Notes under the pieces: model-generated
Told to the model about the DNA's origin: nothing
The model's input: the letters and a program-made list of their open reading frames with translations, nothing else
The model's database searches: none
Made by a program: the position numbers and the translations under genes
Shown here: piece by piece, positions 26,000-38,773 of the stretch
Position numbering within the stretch: position 1 is the stretch's first letter
Layout: every line of letters begins with the position of its first letter
Source: Octopus sinensis
Taxonomy: Eukaryota
NCBI RefSeq assembly: GCF_006345805.1
Contig: NC_043012.1
Span: 44,826,001-44,890,000 of the forward strand
Direction of reading: 5' to 3'
DNA: 64,000 nt

Positions 26000-26700
26000 A
26001 GTAAATTCATAAGTTGGATTTAGAAGCCCTCGGAAATAGTCTTTCAAGTATATTTCTCCCTGATTTTGAAAGAAAAACTTCATATCCACTCCACAGATTA
26101 CCCCGATAGCATCATATAGTTCTTCATTTCTAACTGAAACAAGTACACCAGGCGAGTTATATTTACATTTAGCAATTTCTTTCGATGGGAATATTTTCCA
26201 GATTTCTTACGTTGAAACGTATGTATATTTTCAGCTTCAGAAATATTTTCTCTATTTTTAGTAGTGTAACATTTCCTCCAGATAGTCTACTGTTTTAGCA
26301 AAAATAACTTGCTGCATCGGAAGATAAAGCTGGCGGCAACAGCTTATATTTTAACATTATTTTTAACATATATTAGACAATACATATTTTCGGTCACATT
26401 TTGGGGTTTTAAGTACTTCACAGTCTCTTTTCTTCACCAGGTATTTTCTTACTCTCCACTGTTCAGGGATTATAAAAGCTGATTTAATAGTCAATGTCTA
26501 AGGGAGACTACATTTCTTTTTCAAAATTATCATCAACGTATTTACAGGAAACTCACCCATGCATAACTTTACTTTAGTATGCTGAATGTTTCCATTCCTT
26601 GCCTTTGATTAAGTATACTAGTCCAGGGCTTCTCTGGTGGCATGGAATATCATCGATATCTGGGCTTCTTGATGGTCTCACTTCCGAGACGTAAGACCTT
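26000..26700 (-). pseudogene. Probable decayed kelch repeats (end of an upstream tandem copy)
   Basis: LPPALSSDAASYFC*NSRLSGG and WKIFPSKEIAKCKYNSPGVLVSVRNEELYDAIG resemble kelch blades. Confidence 0.35.
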
Positions 26701-26835
26701 GTATTTGTCTTTGCAGCTGTTGTTTAGCACATGCTTTCTGAGTGATACGATACGACTGAATAGTTGTTAAGTAATTCCTTTTAGTCTTTATTTCTGATAT
26801 AGAGCTTGTTGATATCAATATTTCAGTGGAAGTCA

Positions 26836-27030
26836 AGGCAGCGAGTTGGTAGAATCGTTAGCACGTTGGAGAAAATGCTTAGCGGCATTTTGTCTGTCTT
26901 TACCGTCTGCGTTCAAATTCCGCCGTGGTCGACTTTGCTATTCATTCTTTCAGGAATCGATAAAATAAATACCTGCATGTAATCGACTCGTCCCTCCCAC
27001 CAAATATCAAGTCTTTGTGTCTATAGTACA
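26836..27030 (+). mobile_element. SINE family A, diverged
   Basis: Head, gttcaaattccgcc and ggtcgactttgc core. Confidence 0.8.
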
Positions 27031-27457
27031 AAGCAGCTGGTTTTAATATCTCCTCTGTTACTGGTAAATATATTGTGTGATTTGTTTTGTTTCAGAGGAA
27101 AATTCCGATTGTTATATAATTATATCCTTGCATAATACTCTTTGGCCGCACTGTCTTTGCTCATAGCACTTTTACATGATATCATTTTCGTCAATACCTG
27201 TCGTGGTATAATCCTGACACTCCTATGGGATAGCAAGTGAACTGTCCTAAACCTTATAAAGGCGCATGCGTATTGACAGTACGAGGTATAGCGTGGTGTT
27301 TTTCCGTAGAAGTAAGTGGTTTTATAATGTAATTCTTATAGTAGATTTGTTGAAGGTCTTCCCTCGTTGATTGTTGAAATTGCTGTTTTTACATACGAAT
27401 TTGTTGATTTGTGTTTGTTTTCTTCTCATTTATGGGTAACCTGAGAATAGAAGAAAA

Positions 27458-28800
27458 ATGGAACAAGTACCAGTAAAAGGTCACAGTTATGCGACAGCAA
27501 CTGGCAGAGGAGTGGACTCTGACGCTTTGGAGGTTCGTGAGGCGAAGGAACAACGGAGGAAGCTAAAAGAGTGCGAAAAGTTATTGAAAAGAGAAGGCCA
27601 TACTTTAAAATTAACGCCACAAGATGAACTAACAAATAATGTAAGAAAAAGGACTGTGATATTCAAAACACTGAAAGTGTCATAAATAATTGAAATCGCA
27701 AATATCGAAGCCGTTGAAGAGTGTCTAAAAGAAATTAAAAAGTTCGCCACTTTCATCACAAGAGGAAGAAAGTATGGCACAGTGGAGGTGCGATTCGCGA
27801 CTGAAGACGAAGCGATAAAGCACTCCACTGTAGCCATAAAGACGGAAGAGTGGGTGCTTTTGCCAACATACTGTGGCAAGTAGGAAAAGTACCCCCGGAA
27901 ATAAATGAAACATGGTTGGTAGCAGCGATGTTGTTCAATATGGAAGAAGACGCAAAAATACTGAGAGTGACGGAATTTTTAGTTGAATCAATAGGGTTAT
28001 GGCATAGAGATGGCCATACAAGCAAGTTTAAGTCACCTAAACAAAAATGCGGAGGGAATAGTTTTACCCGAGGATATGAGGCTTAGAATGGTAGTGGAGG
28101 GTAGGTCTCTTATATGTTGACAATACGGGGAAAAAGGTCAAATGAAGGCGAAGTACCCCCAGAGAGATGAGGAACAACATATGGAACAATCTGAAGAGCA
28201 AGAGAAGGTGGACAAAGTGGTACAAGATGGTGTGAAGAAGACGGTAATAACAGAGGAATCATTCACAGTGGTTAAAAAACGAAAAAGAAAAGAAAGAGCA
28301 CGCTCTCCGTCGGAGAGGCAGAAAAAGATAAAAAGAAAAGGATAAGGAGGTTGAGGAGGAGGTTGCAGAGGAGCTTCAGGAGGAGCTTGAGAAAGAGGTG
28401 TCAGTGAAGGGTACGAGCTATAAGCGGAGGAGGAAGATTTGGGTGGTGTAGAGAGACAACAGCATGAAAGTGAAGCAGCGACACTAACGAAAATGGAGGA
28501 GGATAAATACAGAGAGAAGGCGCCAAGAGTGAAACAAGGAAAGGATAAACAAGCGAGAAAGCCGAAGATGCATATTTGGAATTTCGTGACATACGCTAAG
28601 AGTACAACAACTGAAAGAAAGATAACGAAGTTTAAATCCATAATAAGGGTTAAGTTGCCTACGGAGATTTACTCGGAAAATGTGAAGGCTATTGTAATTG
28701 ATAAAGATAACAGGTTAAAGGAAATGTTAGGAGCGGACATTGATCCGCTGGGAGTTTTGGTGGAGTTTGACGAACTGCCGCCATTGATGGAATATACAGA
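27458..28800 (+). mobile_element. Decayed gag-like ORF1 of a Tx1/L1-type non-LTR retrotransposon
   Basis: Joined ORF pieces give RGRKYGTVEVRFATE (RRM-like), VEGRSLIC*QYGEKGQMKAKYP (decayed CCHC knuckle) and a Lys/Glu-rich tail with FTVVKKRKRK. Cut off by a SINE A. Confidence 0.6.
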
Positions 28801-28806
28801 ATTAGA

Positions 28807-29040
28807 AGGCGGCGTGCTGGCGGAAACGTTAGCACGCCGGGCGAAATGCTTTGCGGTATTTCATCTGCCGCTACGCTCTGAGTTCAAATTCCGTCGAGGT
28901 CGACTTTGCCTTTCATCCTTTCGGAGTCGATTAAATAAGTACCAGTTACGCACTGGGGTCGATATAATCGACTTAATCCGTTTGTCTATCCTTGTTTGTC
29001 CCCTCTGTGTTTAGCTCCTTGTGGGTAATAAAGAAATAGG
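28807..29040 (+). mobile_element. SINE family A, full length
   Basis: Head through the gtgggtaataaagaaatagg tail. Confidence 0.9.
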
Positions 29041-29895
29041 AATATAGAGAATTTGAACCACATATGAACTACTAAAAAAAAGGTAAAAATTTCCTTAAAA
29101 TACAACGATGCTAATTGAAAAAACAAATGGAAAAAAGAAAAGATTATATATTGTATGTAAGAACGTTCAAATGGTACTGCATGAGAGTGGGGATCATGAT
29201 GGCATTTCATCTTCATTTATTATATAAAATTTTTCCCATTTTCATTCGCTTTGTCTTTTTGTCCCCACTGTGGTGTTCTGTCTCTCCCCTCTGTGCTGTC
29301 CCCTCTATGTAAAAGCTTGAGAACTTAAATAAAGAATTAGTACAGTGTGGTGTGTGTAGTTGCATTTGTGAAGGCAGTCGTGGAGTCGTTGAGAAGAGAT
29401 ATAAGTTTGTTAGGTGTTTGTTACAGAATTAATTTTTGTAGCGTTACAGTGTAGTCTATATCCAAACTCAAGGGTATAATAGTGAAGTGATATTCAAAGC
29501 TCACTGTGGACGTTCTTATCATGGAAGACTTATTGGCTTCCGTGGTACAGTTGCAAGAAGAAGAACAACAGCAACCGTCGCAACGGCAATTACAGTAATA
29601 ACAACATCAAAATCAACAGTTGCTGGAATTATTGCTGCCGTCCAAAACCACTTCAGGTTCGTTTTCAGTTGAGGGGTTGCTAATTCAATTGAAGAATTTA
29701 CTTATAATGCAGAAGAAGGGATTACGTTTTCTGCATACTTTAGAAGATATAAAGGAATCTTCAAGGAAGAATGTAGAAACTGGACGGATGACTTCTTTTA
29801 AGGAAATTATCACCCGCAGAACATGAAAAATATTCTAATTATATCCTGACCAGAAAACCATTCGAAATTTGTTTCGAGGAAACAATTAACCTGTT

Positions 29896-30173
29896 CTATA
29901 TTTAAGAGATGAGGAATTATGTACATTATTTACATTTGACGGATATTTGTCCTCATTTTGTTTGTTTTTAACGTTTCGGTTGATATAACCTCCAGCCTTC
30001 ATCAGGTGTCTTGGGGAAATTTCGAACCTGGGTTCTCATAACTTAGGAATGAGAACCCAGGTTCGAAATTTCCCCAAGACACCTGATGAAGGCTGGAGGG
30101 TATATCAGCCGAAATGTTGTACTAACAACAAACGAGGACAAATATTCGTCAAATGTAAATAATGTAAATAATG
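29896..30173. mobile_element. 278-bp foldback insertion of two inverted hammerhead-bearing termini inside Gypsy gag
   Basis: 124-bp arms at 29916-30039 and 30049-30172. TSD aacaatta(a/t)cctgtt at 29881-29895 and 30174-30188. Confidence 0.8.
30078..30123 (+). ncRNA. Hammerhead-ribozyme-like motif (degenerate minimal type I); mirror copy at 29969-30010 (-)
   Basis: GACAC-CTGATGA-A-GGCTG(loop)CAGCC-GAAA-TGTT. The mirror copy retains GAAACGTT. Confidence 0.55.
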
Positions 30174-32176
30174 AACAATTATCCTGTTATTCAGTGAAAG
30201 AAGTTCGTTGGGAGTGCTTGAATTTACAAAAAAAAAAAACCCAAAAAGAAAAAAGAAACTGAAGATTTCGCATGCCAGAATCGTAAACAGAGAATGTGAA
30301 AAATTTAAACTAAACAAATTAACCCAGGACACGTTCAAATGACTACAAGGATTAATTGCAAGCAAAGATGCAGAGATACGGGCTCGGATATTGACAAAAC
30401 CAGAAGAAGGTTCGAAACTAACTCTATAGGTAGTGGCCGAAGAATACCGAAGGCTTTACGACAGGACACAAAAAATTGAAGATGATTATTCAAATATACA
30501 TAGATGTCGACCAATAAGAAAAAAGAAAACAACTGCCAAGACCGAAACCATACTCTGAGTGTGGAGAAATACATTTTAAAAGAAAATTTCCTTTTAAAAA
30601 GCCAAAATGTTTTACTTTTAAAAAGGTAAAATTCGGACATAAGAATTCACATTGTTGGGTGAACGAAAAAAATTCGAAGAAAAAAGTATTGTCAACACAA
30701 ATGCAAAGCGAGGCTCAAAAAAGACAATTTGTTTCCATAAAAATAAATAATGTGAATATGAGACTACAGTTGGACACAGGTAGTGACATCACAATAATTA
30801 ACGATGATACATGGAGAAAAATAGGAAAGCCTACATTGAAAAAACTTGGAAAAATACGCGAGGTATTTCTGGGAAACAATTGCGATTTTTGGGCGAAATG
30901 ATAAGTGTGGTGACATTTTGTAGAAAAACCTTGAAAGCCAAAGTTTTTGTATTAAAAATTACGACAAATCTACTTGGCACAGACTGGATGGAACTATTTA
31001 ATTTATGGGACCTCACCATAAATATTTTTGTAATAATGTAAATGGTTCTTACGCCAGTTCAAATAAGGCGTCGGAGGATTTTATAAAATTAAAAAAGATT
31101 TTTCCTTATGTTTTTTTTTCTGAAGAATTAGGTAGGTGCACCAAGACAAAAGTAAAATTTCAAGCGAAAGAAAACGCTGTACCAGTATTTAAACCGAAGC
31201 GTTGAATCAAGTCAACGAGGAATTGGATAGACTTGAAAAGCTTGGAGTTATAGAAAAAAATCGATTATTCAGAATAGATATCACCAACTGTTTATGTAAA
31301 GAAAAAAAATACCCCAACACCACTTCAAATATGTCGCTGGCTGAACTAATGTTTGCCAGGAAAGCCAGGTCAGTGTTTGACAAATTATTACTGGAAGAAA
31401 GACAAAATGGTGAGAAACACCGAAAATGATAAAATAAACAAGATGTTTTTTAAAAATATACAGAAATGTGAAAGGAAAGTTGGGAAGAATGTATAAGTAA
31501 ACATTTAGGAAAAATAACGTACATGGTAAAAGGTCGAGCCAAAACGAAAAATATATTCCAATTTCTTCACGGGGAATTAAATAAAAATAAAAATAAAAGG
31601 GGGAGAGGTGGTAATAAATATATAATAAAAGAAAATATTGACTTCCAAGGAAAGTCACACTCAAAAAAGAGAGATATTGTGGTGAAATCCTGACACGCCT
31701 GTGAGATAGCAAGGGATATTTTCCCTTTGAACGGCAGATCGAGAAATTAATTTTTTGTAACTAAACACTTTCAATCTTCGGACACTGGTAGAATGGGTCA
31801 TAAAAACATCTTTTACTCTTAGTGTTGTTGAGAAAAGTTTATATTTTCAAAGTTATTTCGTGTTAAAGTAGTCCTACTTCGGTAATTTCAACCAATCAAT
31901 GACGTGTATTCAACTGAAAAAAATTACTGCCATTGTTTGTCAACAACAACTATTGGCAGTATATATTTCGTTGGTATAGTACAGGTTTGCAATCCTAATT
32001 CAGGTTTAAAGAGGTACTGAGAAAATACCATATAGTAATTAGTTTCGGCTTTTTCAATTCCATATTTAAATACCACTAGTGTAAGAGTGTACTAAAGTGA
32101 ACCAATAATTAATCAGAGATAAATTAAACTACTACAGTCACAATATCGACATAATTTATCATTCATCTTTAGTTCC

Positions 32177-32179
<3 letters not shown>

Positions 32180-32253
<74 letters not shown>
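32180..32253. repeat. (GA)n microsatellite
   Basis: Seen directly. Confidence 0.95.
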
Positions 32254-33016
32254 GGAAGAGTAAGAAATTCAAGTCGACTTGCATTTCTGGCCTTAAATCA
32301 TGCTACAATCTGAAGAGGTTTCTTTCTTCTTAATATTTTTAAGGAAGTATAACTTGGTCGTGACCCTACTTTCTTCTTCAAATATCTTTAAGGTTTCATG
32401 CAAAATATAAATATATTATCTTTATATTTTAAAGAAAATATCACAAATTTAAGCAATCAAATATTTCTGTTGATAAAACAGCCTTCCCACACAGAAGTTG
32501 TCTCTATTTATCATAGCTGCTTAATTTTATCTTATTTTATTTTACAGCAATTTGTTTTCAAAGAGATAACAATGCATAAGTAAAAAAAAAAAATGAATAA
32601 AATAGTGTTGAATATTTCCTCTTTTTGTATATATTTTTTATTTTTATTTTAGAACAAACTATTTTTTGTTTGCGAAACTGTACAGTATTTTTGTATTTTA
32701 TTTGGCAAAGTTGAGAAAGAAAGAATATTTTGGATTCATTTTCGATAAGATAAGCATGGTTTAATGAATATTTTTTCAAAGTGTATGTGGGCTTTATTGC
32801 TATCATTCATCGGTTTGACCTTTTACTGCTTAGAATTATTTCCCATTAAACACATGCATATATGTTTCTTTTCATAATTTTAATTTCAAATGTAAAGGAA
32901 GAGTTATTGGTTATATAGCATAAAATGTAGAATGTCAAGTTTTGGCAGTTTTGGCAGGATTTTGCTTCCTGTTTTGGCGGGATTTGCAGTCATTATCATT
33001 CACGGTTCATAAAAAT

Positions 33017-33220
33017 ATTGATTTCAAATTTTGGCACAAACCAGTAATTCCGGGGCAAGGGTTAAGTCGGATACAGTAACCTCAGTGCTTGATTGGTACT
33101 TATTTTATCGACCCCGAAAGGCAAAGTTAACCTCGGTGGGAGTTGAACGCAGACGGGTGAAATGCCGCTAAGCATTTTGCCTTTTGCCAGGCGTGCTAAC
33201 GATGCAGCCAGTTCGCCACC
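33017..33220 (-). mobile_element. SINE family A, diverged
   Basis: ggtacttattttatcgaccccgaaaggcaaag...gaaatgccgctaagc...cgtgctaacg. Confidence 0.8.
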
Positions 33221-33980
33221 GTACGGTTCGTTACAATATAACCAGTGAGGCTTCGAGTTGTTTTATTTGTCTGACATAATCTTTTCTATATATATATATA
33301 TATTATTTTGAAGAAATAAGTAAATCGTAAGAAGAGAATTCTGTTGAGCAAGCGGTGACTTTCCTGAAGAAACGACTTATTCAAACCAATTTACCTCCCT
33401 TTTTTCTGTAAAGCATTTTAGAAATACACACATTCTGATATCTCACAGTTCAAATGTTACTATTACATATATTGTATATATGTTTCTAGTTCCATCTAAA
33501 GAAAAGAAGTGACATATCCTCTCTTCCTTAACTCAGCAAAATATCAAAACCTGTCACTTTACAGACTTAATTTTAGATATATACTCTCACTACACAGCCT
33601 TTACTCTGTTGCTTTTCAAGTAATTTAGAGAGGGTATTAAACTAAAAACTTTACTTGCACACATGTCTATATATATGCTTATTTACATGAAAAAGAACAC
33701 TCGTCATTTTTGAAATGAGTATGTCTTGGTACCATTTACCGTGATTTCGCTAACTGTTTTTGGTACTTAATTAGTCAGGAACAGAGATCCCTTCTCAACT
33801 CTCCCACAATAATAACAATAATATAACAAGTTAATGATGTGAATTAAAAAAATATCTTTAACATATGAATATAAACAAATTACAGAAAACTCACACCGAT
33901 TGAAATAGAAATGATCGAAACCAACTAAGTTTGCTCACTCATAAAACCATTACATGTAAACCACAAGGTAATTGGTTTAT

Positions 33981-33984
<4 letters not shown>

Positions 33985-34022
<38 letters not shown>

Positions 34023-34103
34023 GTATATATATATATGTATATAAATATATGTATATATATATATGTATATAAATATATATATGTATATATATATATATAT
34101 ATA

Positions 34104-34134
<31 letters not shown>

Positions 34135-34140
34135 TATATG

Positions 34141-34175
<35 letters not shown>

Positions 34176-34182
34176 GTATGTG

Positions 34183-34213
<31 letters not shown>

Positions 34214-34250
34214 GTATATATATATGTATATATATATGTATATATATATG

Positions 34251-34282
<32 letters not shown>

Positions 34283-34362
34283 CATATATACATTGATATA
34301 TACATATATATATATATACATATATATATGTGTATATATATATACACATATATATAAATGTG

Positions 34363-34445
<83 letters not shown>

Positions 34446-34457
34446 GTATATATATAT
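33985..34457. repeat. Compound (AT)n/(ATGT)n/(AC)n microsatellite
   Basis: Seen directly; source of several spurious 160-210 aa ORFs. Confidence 0.95.
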
Positions 34458-34459
34458 AC

Positions 34460-34630
34460 GGTATTGATGTGTTTCTGTCCCAGTAATCTAGCGGTTCGGC
34501 AAAAGAGGGCCAATAGAATAAGTACCAGGATTGGAAAGAGAAATGAAGTAGCGGCGTTCGATTCGACTAAGGATTCTTCAAGGTGGTGCCCCAGCATGGC
34601 CGCAGTTTAATGAATGAAACAAGTAAAAGA
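34460..34630 (+). mobile_element. SINE family B 3' half
   Basis: tagcggttcggcaaaagag...gaataagtac...ccagcatggccgcag...gaaacaagtaaaaga. Confidence 0.8.
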
Positions 34631-34884
34631 TAGGTTCTTGAAAGTGTGTGCATATATATGTGTGTGGGCAGTGCTAGTGGTTAGGCTTCTGTATGCATAT
34701 GTGTGCGTGTTTGCGTTGGTGCATCTGCCTGGTAAGTGCAGATGTATATTATCAATCTGTGTGAATTTGCCAGAGAGTCTATTAGTATGCGTGTGCGTGT
34801 GAATATGTTCGTGAAATCATCTGATTGATGTGTGTGTATTGCACACAGGATATATTCGCGCACGTGTGTGTACTTGTGATGCAT

Positions 34885-34995
34885 TGTTTGTATTTCTACA
34901 TGCATGTGTGCACGTATATTGTATGTGTAACTTTGGAGTTGTGTGCAGCTTCTTAGGTTGAGTCTTAGGGTGCGCATTTGTTAATATACACCTAA

Positions 34996-35064
<69 letters not shown>

Positions 35065-35133
35065 ATATACATATATACTATACATATATTTACATATATA
35101 TATATATATATATGCATTTGTATATGTATATAC

Positions 35134-35185
<52 letters not shown>

Positions 35186-35365
35186 GCATGTATGTGTGTG
35201 TGCGTTCATCAATCACATATTGGGAATATATCTATATATCTATATGTGAAAATTCTGCTAATTATATAGAATTTCAGAAATTGTTCTATTCACAGCATTT
35301 CAATGTAGACAAACTAAGACATGCTAAAATTATGAAATACACCAGCATATTACAGCATATGGTAA

Positions 35366-35450
<85 letters not shown>

Positions 35451-35451
35451 C

Positions 35452-35486
<35 letters not shown>

Positions 35487-36075
35487 GCATGTCTGTCTGT
35501 CTGTCTGTCCGTATTTCTTTCCAGATACAGTTTACTGTATTTACACATATAACAACACGTACTGTGACTTAGCTAGAAGAAACTTTGAATGAGTATTATT
35601 TAATTCTAAGATTACAGTAAAATATATTTCGCTAAATCGCATTTGATTAAGATGATAAAGATTAATATTTTATTTTAAATAAATTCCTAATTTTTCCCCT
35701 AAGAAAAAAAAATCAAGTACTCGTAATTTAAAAAATATCATAAAAATATAGGGAGAATTCCTCCTTCAGTCCACGGCACTCTAAAGTTGTATAAATGATT
35801 AAAGGAAGAAAAAAGAAAATAAGAAAAAAAAGGAGAAATCCAGAAAAAAAAAAATGCTCCGGCGGCTTTTTGAAGTGTCGACATTTTTAACTCTTTTTTT
35901 TCTTAAAGGGGGAAATGACTATTTTATTTGTAATCTTTATCATCTTAATCAAATGACAGGAAAACAGGAAAACCTTGAATTTTAGTATAAATCGAATATA
36001 TATATATATTATATATATTATATATATATATATTATATATATATATATTATATATATATATTATATATAATATAT

Positions 36076-36117
<42 letters not shown>

Positions 36118-36643
36118 CGCAGGAGTGGCTGTGTGGTAAGTAGCTACCTTACCAACCACATGGTTCCGGGTTCAGTCCCACTGCGTGGCACCTTGGGCAA
36201 GTGTCTTCCACTATAGCCCCGGGCCGACCAATGCCTTGTGAGTGGATTTGGTAGACGGAAACTGAAAGAAGCCTGTCGTATATATGTATGTATGTATGTG
36301 CGTGTGTGTGTTTGTGTGTCTGTGTTTGTACCCCCAACATCGCTTGACAACCGATGCTGGTGTGTTTACGTCCCCGTTACTTAGCGGTTCGGCAAAAGAG
36401 ACCGATAGAATAAGTACTGGGCTTACAAAGAATAAGTCCCGGGGGTCGATCTCCTCGACTAAAGGCGGTGCTCCAGCATGGCCGCAGTCAAATGACTGAA
36501 ACAAGTAAAAGAGAGTAAAGAGTATATATATGTTTGTATTTCTACATGTATGTGTGCACGTATATTGTATGTGTAACTTTGGAGTTATGTGCAGATTCTT
36601 AGGTTGAGTTTTAGGTTGCGCATTTGTTAATATACACCTAAGT

Positions 36644-36684
<41 letters not shown>

Positions 36685-36702
36685 TACTATACATATATTT
36701 AC
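34885..36702. repeat. Dispersed direct repeat (34885-35093 and 36531-36702)
   Basis: The same ~110-bp unique segment, (AT)n tract and catatatactatacatatatttac occur in both, with a few substitutions. Confidence 0.85.
36116..36522 (+). mobile_element. SINE family B, full length, well preserved
   Basis: ggcgcaggagtggctgtgtggtaag...gggttcagtccc head, internal microsatellite and gaaacaagtaaaagag tail. Confidence 0.92.
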
Positions 36703-36779
36703 TCCACCACCTACACCACCAAATGGTATATACAGGTGCTTACAATTATCAAGTACTCTCCCTGAATTTATATATATAT

Positions 36780-36814
<35 letters not shown>

Positions 36815-37249
36815 TATATATATATATATTATTATATATATATATTATATATATATTATTATATGCATGTATGTATATATATATATATGTATATAAAATT
36901 TAAATTATGCAGGAAATGGAGAAAATTCTTGATCAAACTGATTATCATCGATTATTATTTTTTAATACAAAACTTTATGCACACACACGCACACACACAT
37001 TCTATTTCATCAGCATCCTAACTTTTGAACACTTTTCTAATTGAGATGCTAGTTATCTTTTTCTTACAGTTTTCACTTATTTATATTTCTAAATATATTT
37101 GTATGTAGTTGGAGATTCCGTTAGAAACAAGGAATCACAATGGAAGTAAGATATTCAATACGTTAAATACACAGTAGATTTATTTATTCCATGAATTTCT
37201 TGTTATGAAGAAAATATACGTGTGTATGTATGTGTATGTTTGTATTCAT

Positions 37250-37294
<45 letters not shown>

Positions 37295-37463
37295 CATGAA
37301 TTTCGGTGCGAATGGTTTTATTAAGTGGTGTCGAATTTTACAATTCTGTAAATAATAATGGTATTTTTTATAAGCTTAAAGCTTAAAGCGATCACCGTGC
37401 AAATGACTAAGGAATATATATATATATATACACACACACACATATATATATACATATACATAT

Positions 37464-37518
<55 letters not shown>

Positions 37519-38553
37519 TATGTCATTTCCTGTGTGCACTAGAATGCTTTGAGTCATGTATGGTGGGTGTATATAAATATGTTTGTATACCTCCATGAGT
37601 AAATATGTTCTTATTACACGATAAACTTATGAAATGCTACAGATATTCGCAGTTCCATGGATGGCTCGAATTATTAATTCAATTGTTACTTTTGACAATC
37701 GAATAACATTCTACAAACCTCACTTCGCTTTTTACAAATGTCACTTGTCGGTGAAATTGCATAGTCATCGAATAATTTAGCTTTGGATGAAAAGCATCTC
37801 AATATAAGTTTATTATATTCATACAGTCGATAGAACAACATTTTGTTGCAACATGACATTACTGAGATTATATCTCCAAGAAAATGTACTTTATAGTTCC
37901 CTGTGCTTTTATAATTATAGCTAATAAGACTACGTTTTTTGCTGTCTTCATTTTTTTTTACTGATGTGTCCAGCCATTTTGTTCGTCGCAAGTTTATGAA
38001 TGATGAATTTAACCTTGACACGAATACACTTACATAAAATGTTTCTTTAACGAATGTGATCTGAAGAATAACTAATTATTCATTATGGTTGTTATTTGTA
38101 ATACTAATGAATAATCTCGGAAACCAAGAATGTGATTCGTCACGCCGATAGTCTGTCTCCCAGGCAATTTGCCGGCTTGTAGGCATGTTTGTAATTACAC
38201 GCTCATGTATGTGTATACATGTATATAATTGCATTTGTGATTCTGTATGTATTGAATGACGTATGTATACATATACATGTGCTTGTATGTTTGTGTGAAA
38301 TGTGCATTCTACCGACTATATGCTTAGAGTGGTTAAGATATTAATTAATGAATTTTAAATTCCTAGTGAGACTCGTTTTAGTTTTGAAACCGAACTCCTG
38401 CAAATTGGTCCTGAGTCAGTTACCTAGCCATGCACTTCGATAATCATACACATAATTCTGAAACTATTGTCCAGGTGTTGTATCTGCAGTTTTCTCATTA
38501 GTCCGACATAGACTTTTCTTTTTTTCCCCCTCTTTAATACTATGTTTAAAATG

Positions 38554-38773
38554 TAAGCGGTGAGCTGGCAGAATCGTTAACGAGCCGGCCAAAATGCGGA
38601 GCGGCATTTCGTCCGTCTGCACATTCTGAGTTCAAATTCTTCTGAGATCGACTTTTGCCATTCATCATTTCAGAGCCGATAAAATAAGTACCAGTTGAAC
38701 ACTGGGGTCGATGAAATCGACTTTCCCCTCCCCAGAAATTGCAGGCCTTGTGACGAAATTTCAAACCAATATT
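38554..38773 (+). mobile_element. SINE family A, diverged
   Basis: gagctggcagaatcgtta...ttctgagttcaaatt...gataaaataagtaccag. Confidence 0.8.

Larger units (their letters stand above)
29540..31610 (+). mobile_element. Decayed, internally deleted Ty3/Gypsy element (gag, protease, start of RT, end of integrase, PPT)
   Basis: gag FSAYFRRY...LRKLSPAEHEKY; protease LQLDTGSDIT; NLLGTDW; VPVFKPKR...EELDRLEKLGVI joined to SLAELMFARK; purine tract aaaagggggagagg (31595-31608) followed by TG. Confidence 0.85.

Noticed and set aside
29260-29540. 5' LTR and primer-binding site of the Gypsy element
   Set aside because: No match to the sequence after the PPT at 31609 and no clear PBS.
33925-34610. Long ORFs of 160-212 aa, and similar ones at 34996, 44390, 57584 and 62924
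   Set aside because: They are translations of (AT)n, (CA)n, (CATA)n, (CTAT)n or trinucleotide microsatellites with no protein-like content.
37686-38021. 111-aa ORF in unique sequence
   Set aside because: No recognisable domain or convincing splice signals. A faint kelch-like phrase on the opposite strand is too weak to call.
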